DNA of 64,000 nt from an uncultured archaeon (GCA_963817525.1 CAWFOU010000001.1:32001-96000); one strand, 5' to 3'. Shown: positions 18,148-29,332, counted from the stretch's first letter. Notes: generated by a model not told the origin, from the sequence alone. Made by a program: numbers and translations.

Positions 18148-19750
18148 GTTGAACTGTCACTGCCACGCTCCCGCCGGTCTCGACGGTCACTTCCTGGGCC
18201 ACCCGCTCCTCCTCGTCGGCGATCTCCTGCTCCTCGCGGATGAGCTGCTTGTACTTCGGGGGGCGCTTCTCACCGGCCAGGTCCTGGGAGAACTTGGCGA
18301 TGAGCGGGAGGTACTTGCCGTATATGCCCATCTTCCGCTGGACAGCCTCCATGCTCCCCTTCTTCGAGAGGTAGAGGCTGAGCCTCCTCAGCGCCTCGCG
18401 GACCGCGTTCCTGATCTCGCTCTCGATCTCGGGCCTGTCTGCGATGTACTCCTTCCCGACCGTCTTGTACGGGACCTTGGTGGAGCAGATGTGGGTGATG
18501 ACCGCTACCGGGGCCTCGTCGGGGACGTGGTACCTCCTCCAATCTATCTCCTCGTTGAGGACCTTGAACGATACGTCGCTGCTCTCGTCGTAGAGGAGGG
18601 GGATCCTGTTCGCGAACCTGAAGAGCTTCCTTCCCGGCTCGAGGACCTTGCCTCCGTAGACCAGCCCCACCTCTATGAGGAACGGGAACCCCGAGTACGA
18701 GGAAGGGGGCCTCTCCACGACGGTGGAGAACTCGGGCTCGAGCTCCTTCAGGATCCCGGCGCTCAGGATCTGCTCGCCCACGGGAGAGAGGCACGACGAG
18801 TCAGGAGGCAGGAACTCCGGGAACCTCTGGAGCGCGTCTACGATCCTCACGACTATCTGGTTCGCCTGAGGGTTGTCCTTGTCGTTGGCCAGCTTCTCGG
18901 GTGACATGTCCGGCTTGACCCCCGCGAACTCAAGGAACTTGACCGCGGTCCTGTCCCCTATCCTGTGGAAGTGGGTCGTCATGAACTTCTTGAGGGTCTT
19001 CTCGTCCGTGACCTTGAGCATGCGCTTGAACGCCTCGACGTCCACACCGTGTGGGTGGGGGAGCGTCTCCTTGGGGGCCGAGGGGAGGGCCTCCGTCGCC
19101 CTCTCGTAGGTCGATATCCTCCCGATCGGGTCTACGAACGTGAGGTTCGCGTAGGACCCGACGAGGGCTGTCTGCTTGAAGTAGTCGTTGATCTTCTGGG
19201 CCGACCGGGCAAAGTCGCCCTCGAGCATGACGTCGACGCGCGTCCCCGTCTTCCCGTTCGCCTCCTCCGTGTCCCTCCTGAGGATTATCGGCTTGTTCTC
19301 GCCGATGTCGATAAGCATCTCGAAGATGTGCTTTGTCGTCCCGTCTACGGACGTGGTGATCTTGACCGGCTTGTTCGTGGTGATCTGCCCGTAGAGGACC
19401 GCCATCGTGCCGCCCATCCCGAACATCCCCCTTGACTGCCGGAGCACGTACTTGGACCCGTAGAAGACCTTCCCAAAGGCCTTGGGCACGTGGTGCGGGT
19501 CGACCCCGGGGCCGTTGTCCGCGACCGTGAGCCTGTACGCGCGCGGCTCGGACGTGTCCCCTCCCTGGTCGTCGGCCACTATCCTGACGTAGACGTCGGG
19601 CAGCATGCCCGCCAGCTCGCAGGCGTCCAGGGAGTTCTCCACGAGCTCTCTCACCGCCATGTAGAGCGCCCTCGCCGGGTTCGTGAAGCCTGCGAGGTCA
19701 CGGTTGCGGTAGAAAAATTCCGATGGTGAAATCTCAGAGAAGGTCGCCAC
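18116..19750 (-). CDS. top6B: DNA topoisomerase VI subunit B
   Basis: EFFYRN, ELVENSLDA, DNGPG, QSRGMFGMG, RFANRIPL. Confidence 0.97.
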   Translation of the reverse strand: MATFSEISPSEFFYRNRDLAGFTNPARALYMAVRELVENSLDACELAGMLPDVYVRIVADDQGGDTSEPRAYRLTVADNGPGVDPHHVPKAFGKVFYGSKYVLRQSRGMFGMGGTMAVLYGQITTNKPVKITTSVDGTTKHIFEMLIDIGENKPIILRRDTEEANGKTGTRVDVMLEGDFARSAQKINDYFKQTALVGSYANLTFVDPIGRISTYERATEALPSAPKETLPHPHGVDVEAFKRMLKVTDEKTLKKFMTTHFHRIGDRTAVKFLEFAGVKPDMSPEKLANDKDNPQANQIVVRIVDALQRFPEFLPPDSSCLSPVGEQILSAGILKELEPEFSTVVERPPSSYSGFPFLIEVGLVYGGKVLEPGRKLFRFANRIPLLYDESSDVSFKVLNEEIDWRRYHVPDEAPVAVITHICSTKVPYKTVGKEYIADRPEIESEIRNAVREALRRLSLYLSKKGSMEAVQRKMGIYGKYLPLIAKFSQDLAGEKRPPKYKQLIREEQEIADEEERVAQEVTVETGGSVAVTVQHEQAKIEDYS

Positions 19751-20000
19751 GCCTATCTACCTCCGCCCACTTTCAACTGCTGATTCTGCAAGACTGGAGG
19801 ATTTGAGGCCCGGTTGGGCATAAACCCACACCCCTCCTCTCTGAAACTATTCTTGAACAATTACCGCTATGACACCCTCGCTCGGTGTTAGGGTTGGACA
19901 TGATGCATTAATAACCAATCGCCCTGTTTATCGCCGTTTTGGCCGAGCCTCACCGTTCGATTGCGCTCTTTTGGCAGAATGGAGGCGTTTGCGGCGGATT

Positions 20001-20573
20001 TCAGCCTCTAATCTCCGGTGACTGGTCTTCCCAGAGGAGTATGCGCTCCATCTTCCTCTTGGTCCGCTCCCGCTGGAGCATGTTGTAGACCGACTTGTGC
20101 TGGCTACCCGACGCGAGCTTCTCGATGGCGTCCTTGGCCAACCTGAGCCTGTCGGGGTCGCCGATTATGGCCACCGTCTTCCCGTAGACAGAGACGTCGC
20201 ACTTTGTCAGCTCCTCTATGACCCTCCTCGATTTGCCGTGGAGCCCGATTATCCTCCCCTTTATCCTCTCGAGGTTGTTCTCGCTCTTCCCCGCAAAGTC
20301 CCTGAGGTCGAGGATCTCCAGCGAGACCTCTGGGTCCAGCAGCTTCAGCGCTCTCGGAGGGGAGAACCCCCTGGCGATCGCCTCGACCACATTGGCGGCC
20401 CTGAAGGGGTCTGCCTCGACCGAGGTGGACCTGACGGTGACCTCGCCGCTCTGCCCGTCAACCGCGACCGTCACCGCACAAGACTCCTCGATGCGGGCCT
20501 TCGTCTCTCCCTTCTTGCCGATGAGAACCCCGACCCTGTCGAGCGGGATGCGCAGTAGCCTTTCGAAGCTCAA
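20001..20573 (-). CDS. KH-domain rRNA processing protein (Dim2/Pno1)
   Basis: RVGVLIGKKG, AIARGFSP, KGRIIGLHGK; TTG start overlaps the rio1 stop. Confidence 0.92.
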   Translation of the reverse strand: MSFERLLRIPLDRVGVLIGKKGETKARIEESCAVTVAVDGQSGEVTVRSTSVEADPFRAANVVEAIARGFSPPRALKLLDPEVSLEILDLRDFAGKSENNLERIKGRIIGLHGKSRRVIEELTKCDVSVYGKTVAIIGDPDRLRLAKDAIEKLASGSQHKSVYNMLQRERTKRKMERILLWEDQSPEIRG

Positions 20574-21352
20574 GCTAGAACCGTCTCGAGTATCTGCTCT
20601 GGCTCCTTCTGATAAACCCCTCTCTTCTTGAAGAACGTCACGACGTTCGTGATGTCCCGGAGCAGCAGCTCCTTGGACTCGGGGTGGGAGGACAGCACGG
20701 CCGAACCCATGTCGAAGAGCACCCTCTTCCCAGGGGCGGGCTTGAAGATGTTGTACTCGGAGAGGTCGGCATGGACGAGGCCCGCCTTTTTGTAGAGCTG
20801 GCGTATCATCTTCATTGTCCACTTGTAGTCATCGGCGTCGACCTCGGCCTCCGCGAAGATGGGGGCAGGGGCGGGAGGCTTGCCGATGAACTCCATCACT
20901 ATGATGTTCTCGTTGAAGGCGAAGGGCTCGGGGACGCGTATCCCAGCCTCCGCTGCGAGCCTCAGGTTCTTGAACTCCTTCTGGACCCAGAGCTTGATCA
21001 TCTGCCTTATCGACGAGGGCAGCTGCTTGAACCTCTTGTCTCCCGCGACGTACCTCATCCTCTTCTTGAACTCGGCCGATGCGGTCAGGTAGATCTTGAC
21101 GGCTCGAGGGCTCCCGTCGGCGGCCACCCCCCAGTAGACGCGTGCCTCCTTCCCCGCCCTCACCACCCCGTTGAGGTAGGAGAGCTCCCCGCGCGCGATT
21201 AGCTCGTGGAGGGCGAAGTTCGTCGCCTTGTCGAATACCTCCTCCACTGTCTTCCTCTCGTTAGAGTCGTGCCTTAGGCGCCTGTTCTCCCTCTCGTTCC
21301 TTCGGATGCGCTCTCTGAGGCCAGACCCCTGCTCGACGTCCCCCTCCGTCAT
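20570..21352 (-). CDS. rio1: RIO1 serine/threonine kinase
   Basis: GKEARVY, AVKIY, KEFKNL, LVHADLSEYNI. Confidence 0.93.
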   Translation of the reverse strand: MTEGDVEQGSGLRERIRRNERENRRLRHDSNERKTVEEVFDKATNFALHELIARGELSYLNGVVRAGKEARVYWGVAADGSPRAVKIYLTASAEFKKRMRYVAGDKRFKQLPSSIRQMIKLWVQKEFKNLRLAAEAGIRVPEPFAFNENIIVMEFIGKPPAPAPIFAEAEVDADDYKWTMKMIRQLYKKAGLVHADLSEYNIFKPAPGKRVLFDMGSAVLSSHPESKELLLRDITNVVTFFKKRGVYQKEPEQILETVLA

Positions 21353-21598
21353 CGAGCCCCTTTCGGCAGCGAGGCTGTCCCGCCTCGCCTCGTCTCCCGC
21401 CTCCTCCTCTGGTCCTTCCACGTCTCGCCGCCGGAGGGGAACTCCTTTAGGGTTGTGATTGGCCCAAGGGGAGCTAGCTCGGCCCGGGCGTGTTGGCCCA
21501 TTGGTGTGTTGCCCGGCGATAATCCGTAATCTAGCTAAAGGGGTGAATTAGCGCTCCATAACGCTCTTATCGGTTGCGCCTAGTCATGACTACCTCAA

Positions 21599-22006
21599 TT
21601 GGTCTCGCTTGCGCCCACTTTATGGAACCTCGCGACAGCTCTTTTCCTCGTTGCGGCGCTAGTATACGGAAATCGACTCCGCCTGGCCTTCAAGGGCTCG
21701 ATGATGGCCAGCGTATACACCCTCTCGTTCTGGGCGTTCGCGGTCCTGTTCGTCACCTTTTCAGCCTCGTTCGTCTTCGACCTGATGAACTTCTCTCCCG
21801 TCGCCATGTACGGGGTCTCGGTGAAGGACATGGGCTCTCTCTTCTCTGCCGCGCTCTTCATGGGATCCCTGAGAGCCGCCGCAGGATTCTGGCTCCGGAG
21901 GCGAGACAGCTCGGTCAGGTCAGAGCCAAAGACCGCGGACCCCGTCCTCACCAGGTCGATGCGGATGATGAACTCGGTCGAGCCTGACCGGGACATCCCG
22001 AGATAG
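21599..22006 (+). CDS. membrane protein, unknown function
   Basis: three hydrophobic helices, codon usage like neighbours. Confidence 0.6.
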   Translation: MVSLAPTLWNLATALFLVAALVYGNRLRLAFKGSMMASVYTLSFWAFAVLFVTFSASFVFDLMNFSPVAMYGVSVKDMGSLFSAALFMGSLRAAAGFWLRRRDSSVRSEPKTADPVLTRSMRMMNSVEPDRDIPR

Positions 22007-22832
22007 CCCAGGGCAGACCAGCCGCGACCCGGCCCTGTCCTCATTACTAGACATCTGGCCGCTAGTGCACAGACCATTTGGGCTTCTGATCGCCCCCGAG
22101 GCCTCGCAGCCGCGGCCGCCTTTTTTCGCCTAGTTGACGCGAAGATGTGTTGACGAGGGGGTATTTAGTCGACCCGACGGACGCGTTCGAGCCAGAGGGC
22201 CGACCCTCTTGAATTCGCGTTCAAGGCCCGGCTCTATCCCAAACGAGAGAGTGGACCCGTCAAAGCCCTGAGCGAGGTCTCTTGGAATGAAGAACGTCTC
22301 CTCCAGACGAACCCCTTTAAGGTGTGGACGTAGTGTGTTTCCACCGCCCTGACCTTCCCAAGATTAAGCCCGTGGAGCCCCTCTGCCTTTTTCCTTATCG
22401 TCTGACTCCAAGCAATGGTGATGAACTTATCAGGATAGTTCCAGAACGAGAGATGTCGAAACGAACGCCTTTCCCCGGCCGCACCCGAATGATCAGGTGC
22501 ATCGGTCTTGGAACTCCCCAATCCGTTGTCTAATCCGTACAGATTCTGAGCCAAACTGCGATTCCCACGGGAGGGGAAGTGCGATGCGTTATAGGCAATG
22601 TGAATCCAGAATCTATAGATAGCTCTAGAAAAACATCGCCACATGAGGAATTCACAGGAGTATATAGAGGCCGACTTCGTCCCCGATGATCAATTGGTTC
22701 CGCGAGTGGACTTATGGCTGGATGAGGCCTGGCGACCACCCTAGGCCATTCGGTTGTCCAGGACACGTGACCTAGGGTTATGAGCCTTGGCGGGGCGGGT
22801 CGCGACGATTCTTGAGGCAATCTTTATTTAGG

Positions 22833-22853
22833 TATACAACATAAAGTTGTATA
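22833..22853. promoter_or_regulatory. palindromic operator upstream of grpE-dnaK-dnaJ
   Basis: TATACAAC-ATAAA-GTTGTATA perfect 8-bp inverted repeat next to TATA-like TTTATTTA (22823-22830). Confidence 0.65.
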
Positions 22854-22962
22854 GTGATAAGAATGAAGGCTGAAGCAACGACGAAGATTCGCGTAGCAGT
22901 CTCTCAAAGGGTTTTTGTAAATCCCCCTCAGCGGGGTCAATCGGGACTTCGGTGACCTCTAG

Positions 22963-23559
22963 ATGGCATCAGGTAGCGAAAAAGCAAAACAGGAAGATGA
23001 TAATGATTTGAAAACCACGACGATGGCAAAGGAGCAGGAGGCGAAGGCCCTTAAAGAGGACCTCACCAACCTCGAGAAGACGCTCGAGGAGGAGCGCAAG
23101 CGCAACGAGGAGTACCTCACCAACCTGCGATACCTACAGGCCGACTTTGAGAACTACCGCAAGAGGGTGGACAGGGAGATCCGGGAGCTGGAGGAGTTCT
23201 CCACCCTCGGGCTGGTCAGGAAGCTTGTCCCCGTCCTGGACGACCTCGAGCTCGCCGTCGCGTCGGCCAGCAAGGCTGAGGACGCGGGGCTGGTGGAAGG
23301 GGTCAAGATGGTCCAGAAGAACCTCACCTCCGCCCTCGAGACTGAGGGCCTCCAGACGATAAGGGCGCTCGGGAAGCCCTTCGACCCGTCCTCCCAAGAG
23401 GCGGTGGACAAGGTCCAGGGCAAGGACAACTCCGAGGACATCGTGGTTGAGGAGATCAGGAAGGGCTACACCTTCAAGGGCAAGGTCCTCAGGCCCAGTG
23501 CGGTGAAGGTCGAGATGGCGGCGAGGCAGGAGAAGGCCAAGGGAGACGGGCAGGCATGA
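22963..23559 (+). CDS. grpE: nucleotide exchange factor GrpE
   Basis: [31 protein letters not shown]. Confidence 0.95.
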   Translation: MASGSEKAKQEDDNDLKTTTMAKEQEAKALKEDLTNLEKTLEEERKRNEEYLTNLRYLQADFENYRKRVDREIRELEEFSTLGLVRKLVPVLDDLELAVASASKAEDAGLVEGVKMVQKNLTSALETEGLQTIRALGKPFDPSSQEAVDKVQGKDNSEDIVVEEIRKGYTFKGKVLRPSAVKVEMAARQEKAKGDGQA

Positions 23560-25487
23560 GCTCCGGTACTACCACAAAGGCTCCCACGTCCTCGGCGAGG
23601 GAGAAGATAATCGGGATCGACCTCGGTACCACGAACTCGGCGGCCGCCGTCATGGAGGCCGGGCGCCCCGTTGTCATCCCAAGCGCCGAAGGACAGACCG
23701 TGGCGGGGAAGATGTTCCCCTCGGTGGTCGCCTTCGCCAGCGACGGGCAGCTACTCGTGGGCGAGCCCGCCAAGAGACAGGTCGTGACCAACCCCGACGG
23801 CACGATATTCGAGATAAAGCGCAAGATGGGGACCGACTACAAGGTCAGGATCGCGGGCAAGGAGTTCACCCCCCAGCAGATCAGCGCTTTCATTCTCCAG
23901 AAGATTAAGAAGGACAGCGAGACCTTCCTCGGCTACCCCGTGAAGAAGGCCGTCATCACCGTCCCAGCGCACTTCAACGACAACCAGAGGCAGGCCACCA
24001 AGGACGCGGGGGAGATAGCGGGCCTCGAGGTAGTGAGGATAATCAACGAGCCCACCGCCGCGTGCCTCGCCTACGGGCTGGACAAAGCGGACAAGGAGAT
24101 GAAGGTGCTCGTCTTCAGCTTCGGGGGAGGGACCCACGACGTCACCGTGATGGAATTCGGCGGCGGGGTATTCCAGGTGCTCGCCACGAGCGGCGACACG
24201 CAGACCGGGGGGACCGACGTCGACTACGCGATAGTCAACCTCATCGCCGGGGACTTCAAGTCCAAGACTGGCATCGACCTCAGGAACGACAAGACCGCAA
24301 TGACGCGCCTGAAAGAGGCCGCGGAGAGGGCGAAGATCGAGCTCTCCAACATCATCTCGACCGACATCGACCTCCCGTTCATCGCCAGCGACTCGACGGG
24401 GACGAAGAACCTCCACTTCACGCTCACCAGGGCCAAGCTCGAGGAGCTCGCAGGCCCCATAGTGGGCAGGGTCGAGGAGCCGATTACCCGCGTCGTCAGC
24501 GACGCCAAGCTCACGACCAAGGACATCGACAAGGTCATACTCATCGGAGGGATGACCAGAATGCCCCTAGTGAGGCAGAAGGTGGAGCAGGTGATGGGCA
24601 AGCCAGCGGAGCGCGGAGTCGACCCCATGGAGGCCGTCGCCATAGGCGCCTCGATACAGGGCGCCGTGCTCGCGGGCGAGGTCAAGGACATACTCCTCCT
24701 CGACGTCACGCCCCTCTCGCTGGGAGTGGAGACCCTCGGCAACATCACCGCCAAGGTCATCGAGAGGAACACGACCATCCCGGTCAAGAAGAGCCAGACG
24801 TTCACCACTGCGGCCGACATGCAGACCGCCGTGACGATTCACGTCGTCCAGGGGGAGAGGACCATGGCCCCCGACAACATCTCGCTGGGGATGTTCAACC
24901 TCGAGGGGATACCGCCCGCCCCAAGGGGAGTCCCCCAGATCGAGGTCACCTTCGACATCGACGCCAACGGCATACTCAACGTCACCGCCCACGACAAGGG
25001 CACGGGCAAGGAGGCGAGGATAACCATCTCCGCGTCCACGAAGCTCTCCAAGGACGACAAGGAGAAGATGGTCCACCAGGCCGAGCAATACGCGGAGGAG
25101 GACAAGAAGAGGGCGGAGGAGGCGCAGCTGATGAACGATGCCGACTCGCTCCTCTACACCTCGGAGAAGACTAAGAGCGACCTCGCGGGCAAGATAAGCA
25201 AGGAGTCCGAGGACAAGATAACCGCGGCGGCCTCCGAGTTGAGGAAGGCCGTGGACTCGAAGAACGTCGACGAGGTCAAGGCCAAGTCCGACGCCCTGAG
25301 GAAGGTCCTCCAGGACGTGGGCACCGCGGTCTACCAGCAGCAGGGCCAGGCCGCCCAGGCCACCGCGGGCGGGGGTGCGGGCCCGACAACGTCGGGCGGT
25401 CCGGGACCAGCGGAGGGAGAGACCCAGCCGGGCGACGGCCCCATGACCGACGCCGACTACAAGGTCGTCGATGAGGATAAAAAGTAA
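23556..25487 (+). CDS. dnaK: chaperone DnaK (Hsp70)
   Basis: [49 protein letters not shown]. Confidence 0.98.
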   Translation: MSSGTTTKAPTSSAREKIIGIDLGTTNSAAAVMEAGRPVVIPSAEGQTVAGKMFPSVVAFASDGQLLVGEPAKRQVVTNPDGTIFEIKRKMGTDYKVRIAGKEFTPQQISAFILQKIKKDSETFLGYPVKKAVITVPAHFNDNQRQATKDAGEIAGLEVVRIINEPTAACLAYGLDKADKEMKVLVFSFGGGTHDVTVMEFGGGVFQVLATSGDTQTGGTDVDYAIVNLIAGDFKSKTGIDLRNDKTAMTRLKEAAERAKIELSNIISTDIDLPFIASDSTGTKNLHFTLTRAKLEELAGPIVGRVEEPITRVVSDAKLTTKDIDKVILIGGMTRMPLVRQKVEQVMGKPAERGVDPMEAVAIGASIQGAVLAGEVKDILLLDVTPLSLGVETLGNITAKVIERNTTIPVKKSQTFTTAADMQTAVTIHVVQGERTMAPDNISLGMFNLEGIPPAPRGVPQIEVTFDIDANGILNVTAHDKGTGKEARITISASTKLSKDDKEKMVHQAEQYAEEDKKRAEEAQLMNDADSLLYTSEKTKSDLAGKISKESEDKITAAASELRKAVDSKNVDEVKAKSDALRKVLQDVGTAVYQQQGQAAQATAGGGAGPTTSGGPGPAEGETQPGDGPMTDADYKVVDEDKK

Positions 25488-25507
25488 CCACGAAGTGACG
25501 TCTCGAA

Positions 25508-26611
25508 GTGAGCAGCACGTCGGCACGGGACTTTTACGAAGTCCTCGGGGTCAAGAAGGACGCCAGCAAGGACGACATCAAGGCCGCCTACAGGAAGCTG
25601 GCCCTCCAGTTCCACCCTGACAGGAACAAGTCGCCCGAGGCCGAGGAGAAGTTCAAGGAGCTCTCCGAGGCCTACGCTGTCCTTTCGGACGACGAGAAGA
25701 GGAAGCAATATGACACCTACGGCAAGGAGGGAATAGACCAAAGATACACCCAGGAGGACATCTTCAGGGGCGCCGACTTCCAGGACGTATTCCGGGGGCA
25801 GGGCTTCGGCTACGGGGGCGGCTTCGAGGACATCCTCGGGGCGTTCTTCGGCAACGCCGGAAGGGGACGAGGGCCGAGAAGGGGCGCGGACCTGCAATAC
25901 CGCATCCAACTGAACCTCGCGGAGGTCGTGAACGACGTCACCAAAGAGATCGAGATACCCAGGACCGAGCTCTGCGGCATCTGCAGGGGGAGCGGGGCCT
26001 CCCCAGGGACCAGCATCAGGACTTGCCAGCAATGCGGGGGGACGGGCCAGGTCCAGAAGATGCAGAACGCCGGCTTCGCGAGGTTCATCCGCGTTGAGAC
26101 GTGCAACAAGTGCCGCGGGACCGGGAACATAGTAGAGTCGCCTTGCAAGGAGTGCAGGGGCACGGGGCACGTGCAGAGGCAGCGGAAGATCCGTATCCAG
26201 GTGCCCGCGGGGGTCGACGACGGGCACACGCTGAGACTCAGAGGGGAGGGCGAGGCGGGAGAGCCTGGCATGTCGCCGGGCGACCTCTACGTGGTGGTGC
26301 ACATCCCCGAGAACCCGATGTTCAAGAGGAGGGACAGCGACCTCTTCGTCGAGGCCCGGATCAACGCGATAGACGCGATCCTCGGGACCGAGCTGAGGGT
26401 GCCCACCCTCTACGGCGACACGATGCTCGACATCCCATCTGGGACCCAGCCGGGGACCCAGTTCAAGATCAAGGGCAAGGGCCTGCCCAGGCTGAACTCC
26501 TTCGGAAAGGGGGACGAGTACGCCATCGTGAGGGTGGACGTCCCGAAGAGCCTCAACGGGCGGCAGAAGGACCTGCTGAAGCAGGTCCAGCGGGAAGGAA
26601 AGGTCCAATAG
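25508..26611 (+). CDS. dnaJ: chaperone DnaJ
   Basis: J-domain HPD, four CxxCxGxG repeats. Confidence 0.98.
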   Translation: MSSTSARDFYEVLGVKKDASKDDIKAAYRKLALQFHPDRNKSPEAEEKFKELSEAYAVLSDDEKRKQYDTYGKEGIDQRYTQEDIFRGADFQDVFRGQGFGYGGGFEDILGAFFGNAGRGRGPRRGADLQYRIQLNLAEVVNDVTKEIEIPRTELCGICRGSGASPGTSIRTCQQCGGTGQVQKMQNAGFARFIRVETCNKCRGTGNIVESPCKECRGTGHVQRQRKIRIQVPAGVDDGHTLRLRGEGEAGEPGMSPGDLYVVVHIPENPMFKRRDSDLFVEARINAIDAILGTELRVPTLYGDTMLDIPSGTQPGTQFKIKGKGLPRLNSFGKGDEYAIVRVDVPKSLNGRQKDLLKQVQREGKVQ

Positions 26612-26741
26612 CCGGGAAGAACCTAGCACTGTCTCTTCAGTTCTGCGACTTCGACCTTAAGCCTCTCCATGTCTTTGAGGAGGTGACTCTGCTGCGTCTT
26701 CGGGATATGGGCGCTCATATCGCAAAACCGCCCTTCAAGTC

Positions 26742-26870
26742 ATGGAGTCGGTCAGGGCTATCCGCTTCCGGTACGAGACCTCCGAGGAGCTCTCGTCCCT
26801 CTCCGAATGGTTCCGACTCATGTCGCCCAAACCGGGTTCAGCACCACCGGTTTGGTTCAGCAGAATCTGA
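26742..26870 (+). pseudogene. possible N-terminal remnant of an IS200/IS605 TnpB gene
   Basis: MESVRAIRFRYETSEELSSLSEWFRLM resembles TnpB N-termini from memory; 9-bp hairpin CCAAACCGG/CCGGTTTGG at 26827-26855. Confidence 0.3.
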
Positions 26871-27545
26871 CCCAACACTTTCGAACACCCAACGAAGGCT
26901 TGACACGCTCGTTCGTTTACAACACGGAAGTCCATATTGAAATCGTGCCCCTTTCCAATGCGCATTCGAAATATGCCAACACGCTGAAGTATACGGGCCT
27001 GTTTAGATGGCTTTTCTCCCAGCCTGTCAACGCAAGAAGGGAATTAATCAGTGCGGTCAAGCAGTTGAAGGCGAATTCGGAGGGCACGCCATTTTCGTAG
27101 CACGCGATTTAACTCTGATAGTCACGAATCCTTGGGCGCTCCATGAGCTGACATGGATTACTTTCACTTTCGTCCCGGGTTCAACGTAAATCGGAAGAAT
27201 CCGTGTCAAGGAAGTGGACCCTATGGTTCAATATAGTGACGCGCGGTCCCAGGGATTCGAACAGAGTCGAGTTGCTTTCCCTTCGGATTCGCTTAATGAT
27301 TCAAACGCATCCTGCCGGGCCCGCCACCAATACTCCCCTAGATGGTGACGCAAGCAGGTGATTTTACCCCCTAAGGCGGGTCACCCCCCTGGCCGGGCTG
27401 CGCGCATCCACGCCCGCGGGGGGCCGCTTCGGGTCAGAAACCTGGACTGAGTAGATAGCCGGCGATGTCTGCTTTTGAGGGCCGACTTGAGTGACCAGGG
27501 GAGAGGAACTCAATCCACACCGGCAAACCCCCGGGCGGCTCGTCG

Positions 27546-27848
27546 TCAGAACTTGTAGATCATCAGGAAGGGCACGCCCTCTATCTCCCTGACGGCCTGG
27601 GGCGAGCCCAGCTTGTGCGCAAGGGCGACGCCGACCGACCTGACACCCGCGAGGCTGAGCATCGCCGACCCCTTGATCATCCTGACGACCTCCTCCTCCT
27701 CGACCAGCGCCCCGCCGAAGAACTCATTCGAGATGTGCATCTTGAGCTTCCCCTCGACGAGAGTCCTCCCTATGAGCTCGGAGTCGCAGACGTTCACCAT
27801 GCTTGCGTTTTTCCAAGCGATGCTATGTACGGAGAACGGCGCGCCCAA
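27546..27848 (-). CDS. DUF424 family protein
   Basis: VNVCDSELIG, FFGG, IEGVPF. Confidence 0.88.
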   Translation of the reverse strand: MGAPFSVHSIAWKNASMVNVCDSELIGRTLVEGKLKMHISNEFFGGALVEEEEVVRMIKGSAMLSLAGVRSVGVALAHKLGSPQAVREIEGVPFLMIYKF

Positions 27849-27853
27849 CCGCG

Positions 27854-28270
27854 TCAGTTCACCCTCGCGCTAGACCTAGCGCCGCAAGCCTCGCAGACGC
27901 GGAAGTGGAGCCGGCTCTCGGTGACGATGTGGGTGTCAGGGCTCCCGCAGACCGGGCACGTTACGTTGTCGACCATGTAGCGCTGGAAGAGCTGCGCGAA
28001 GGAGGTCTTGTCCTTCCTCCCGATGAATATCGCCCTGTCCGCGTCGAGGGACGCCGCTGTGGCCAGCTCCTTGGCCAGGTACATCAGGAGCCTGTCTGGG
28101 TCCCTCCTCATGAGCTTGGGGTATTCCGAGTAGTTTCGGAGTATCGTCTTGTTGCCCACCCATATCACCTGGGGCTCGGGGATCTCCAGCCTATCCTGGG
28201 TCGACTTGTGCGCGGTCTTCTCCAGGGTGGACTGGGCCCTCGCAAGCAGCTCGTCGTATGTCCCGGTCAA
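27854..28270 (-). CDS. eif2b: translation initiation factor aIF2 beta subunit
   Basis: YDELLARA, GNKTILRN, YLAKELAT, CPVCGSPDT...CEACGA. Confidence 0.95.
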   Translation of the reverse strand: MTGTYDELLARAQSTLEKTAHKSTQDRLEIPEPQVIWVGNKTILRNYSEYPKLMRRDPDRLLMYLAKELATAASLDADRAIFIGRKDKTSFAQLFQRYMVDNVTCPVCGSPDTHIVTESRLHFRVCEACGARSSARVN

Positions 28271-28522
28271 CCTATGTTTCGTCCAAAACGACTTTTCGAG
28301 GTATTTCAACTCTTCTGGGATGGCGCACGGGTTTTGCCACCATGTCGGACATCCTCGCCGTCTTGGGACATCAGACAAAAGGCGGCGCTATGAATTGGCG
28401 ACGGCTGCTTGCTCTCGACTCGGGGGGAATCAATTGGCCGCGGAGGCGCACGACCTTCACAGCGAGGGTCCTGAGACCCGGTCGTTTCAAAGATTTTAAG
28501 GCCAAAGCCAAGCGGGTCGAAC

Positions 28523-29332
28523 GTGAGCAGCAAGCCCGCCGGAATCGGGGTCATCGGAGGCTCAGGGTTCTACAAGTTCCTGCAGACCAAGGAGGCTTCC
28601 AAGCTGGAGACCCCCTACGGCAGCCCCAGCGCGAGCGTGAGGGTCTCCGACGTCAAGGGGAAGCGGGTAGCCTTCATCCCCCGGCACGGTGAGCACCACG
28701 AGTTCCCTCCCCACGTCGTCCCCTACAGGGCGAACCTCTACGCGCTCAAGCAGCTGGGGGTGGAGAGGGTCTACGGCCCGACCGCGGTGGGCAGCCTGAA
28801 GCCTGGCATCAAGCCGGGCGATTTCGTGATATCCGACCAGTTCGTCAACTACACCAACGGCAGGAAGGACACCTACTTCGAAGGCCCCGAGACCGCCCAC
28901 GTGGGCTCCGCGGACCCCTACTGCCCCGAGCTGCGGGAGATCGTCATCGAGGCGTCGAAGGACCTCGGGATAAAGATCCACAAAAAGGGGACGGTGGTGG
29001 TAATCCAGGGGCCGCGCTTCTCGACGAGGGCCGAGAGCAAGTTCTTCCGCTCCCAGGGCTGGGACATCATCAACATGACCCAGTACCCGGAGGCGATCCT
29101 CGCGAGGGAGCTCGAGATGTGCTACGTCAACATCTCGCTCGTTACCGACTATGACGTCGGGCTGGAGGGCGACCCCAAGGTCAAGCCTGTGAGCAACGAC
29201 GAGGTGATGCGCGTGTTCAACGCCAACCTCGAGAAGCTCAGGACGCTCCTCCTCATGGCCATACAGACGACGCCGGCCAAGCGCTACTGCCAGTGCGGCT
29301 CGGCGATGAAGAACGCGAGGATCAGCGTATGA
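28523..29332 (+). CDS. mtaP: S-methyl-5'-thioadenosine phosphorylase
   Basis: GVIGGSG, PRHG, QGPRFSTRAES, NMTQYPE, TDYD. Confidence 0.95.
   Translation: MSSKPAGIGVIGGSGFYKFLQTKEASKLETPYGSPSASVRVSDVKGKRVAFIPRHGEHHEFPPHVVPYRANLYALKQLGVERVYGPTAVGSLKPGIKPGDFVISDQFVNYTNGRKDTYFEGPETAHVGSADPYCPELREIVIEASKDLGIKIHKKGTVVVIQGPRFSTRAESKFFRSQGWDIINMTQYPEAILARELEMCYVNISLVTDYDVGLEGDPKVKPVSNDEVMRVFNANLEKLRTLLLMAIQTTPAKRYCQCGSAMKNARISV

Noticed and set aside
22234-22820. Lower-GC ORFs upstream of grpE
   Set aside because: No recognisable domain in the frames examined; probably degenerate foreign DNA
27241-27539. RNase P RNA, SRP RNA or cobalamin riboswitch
   Set aside because: Partial look-alikes (GAGGAACTC, AACAGAG, GTCAGAAACCTG) are in the wrong order or lack partner motifs; left as unknown
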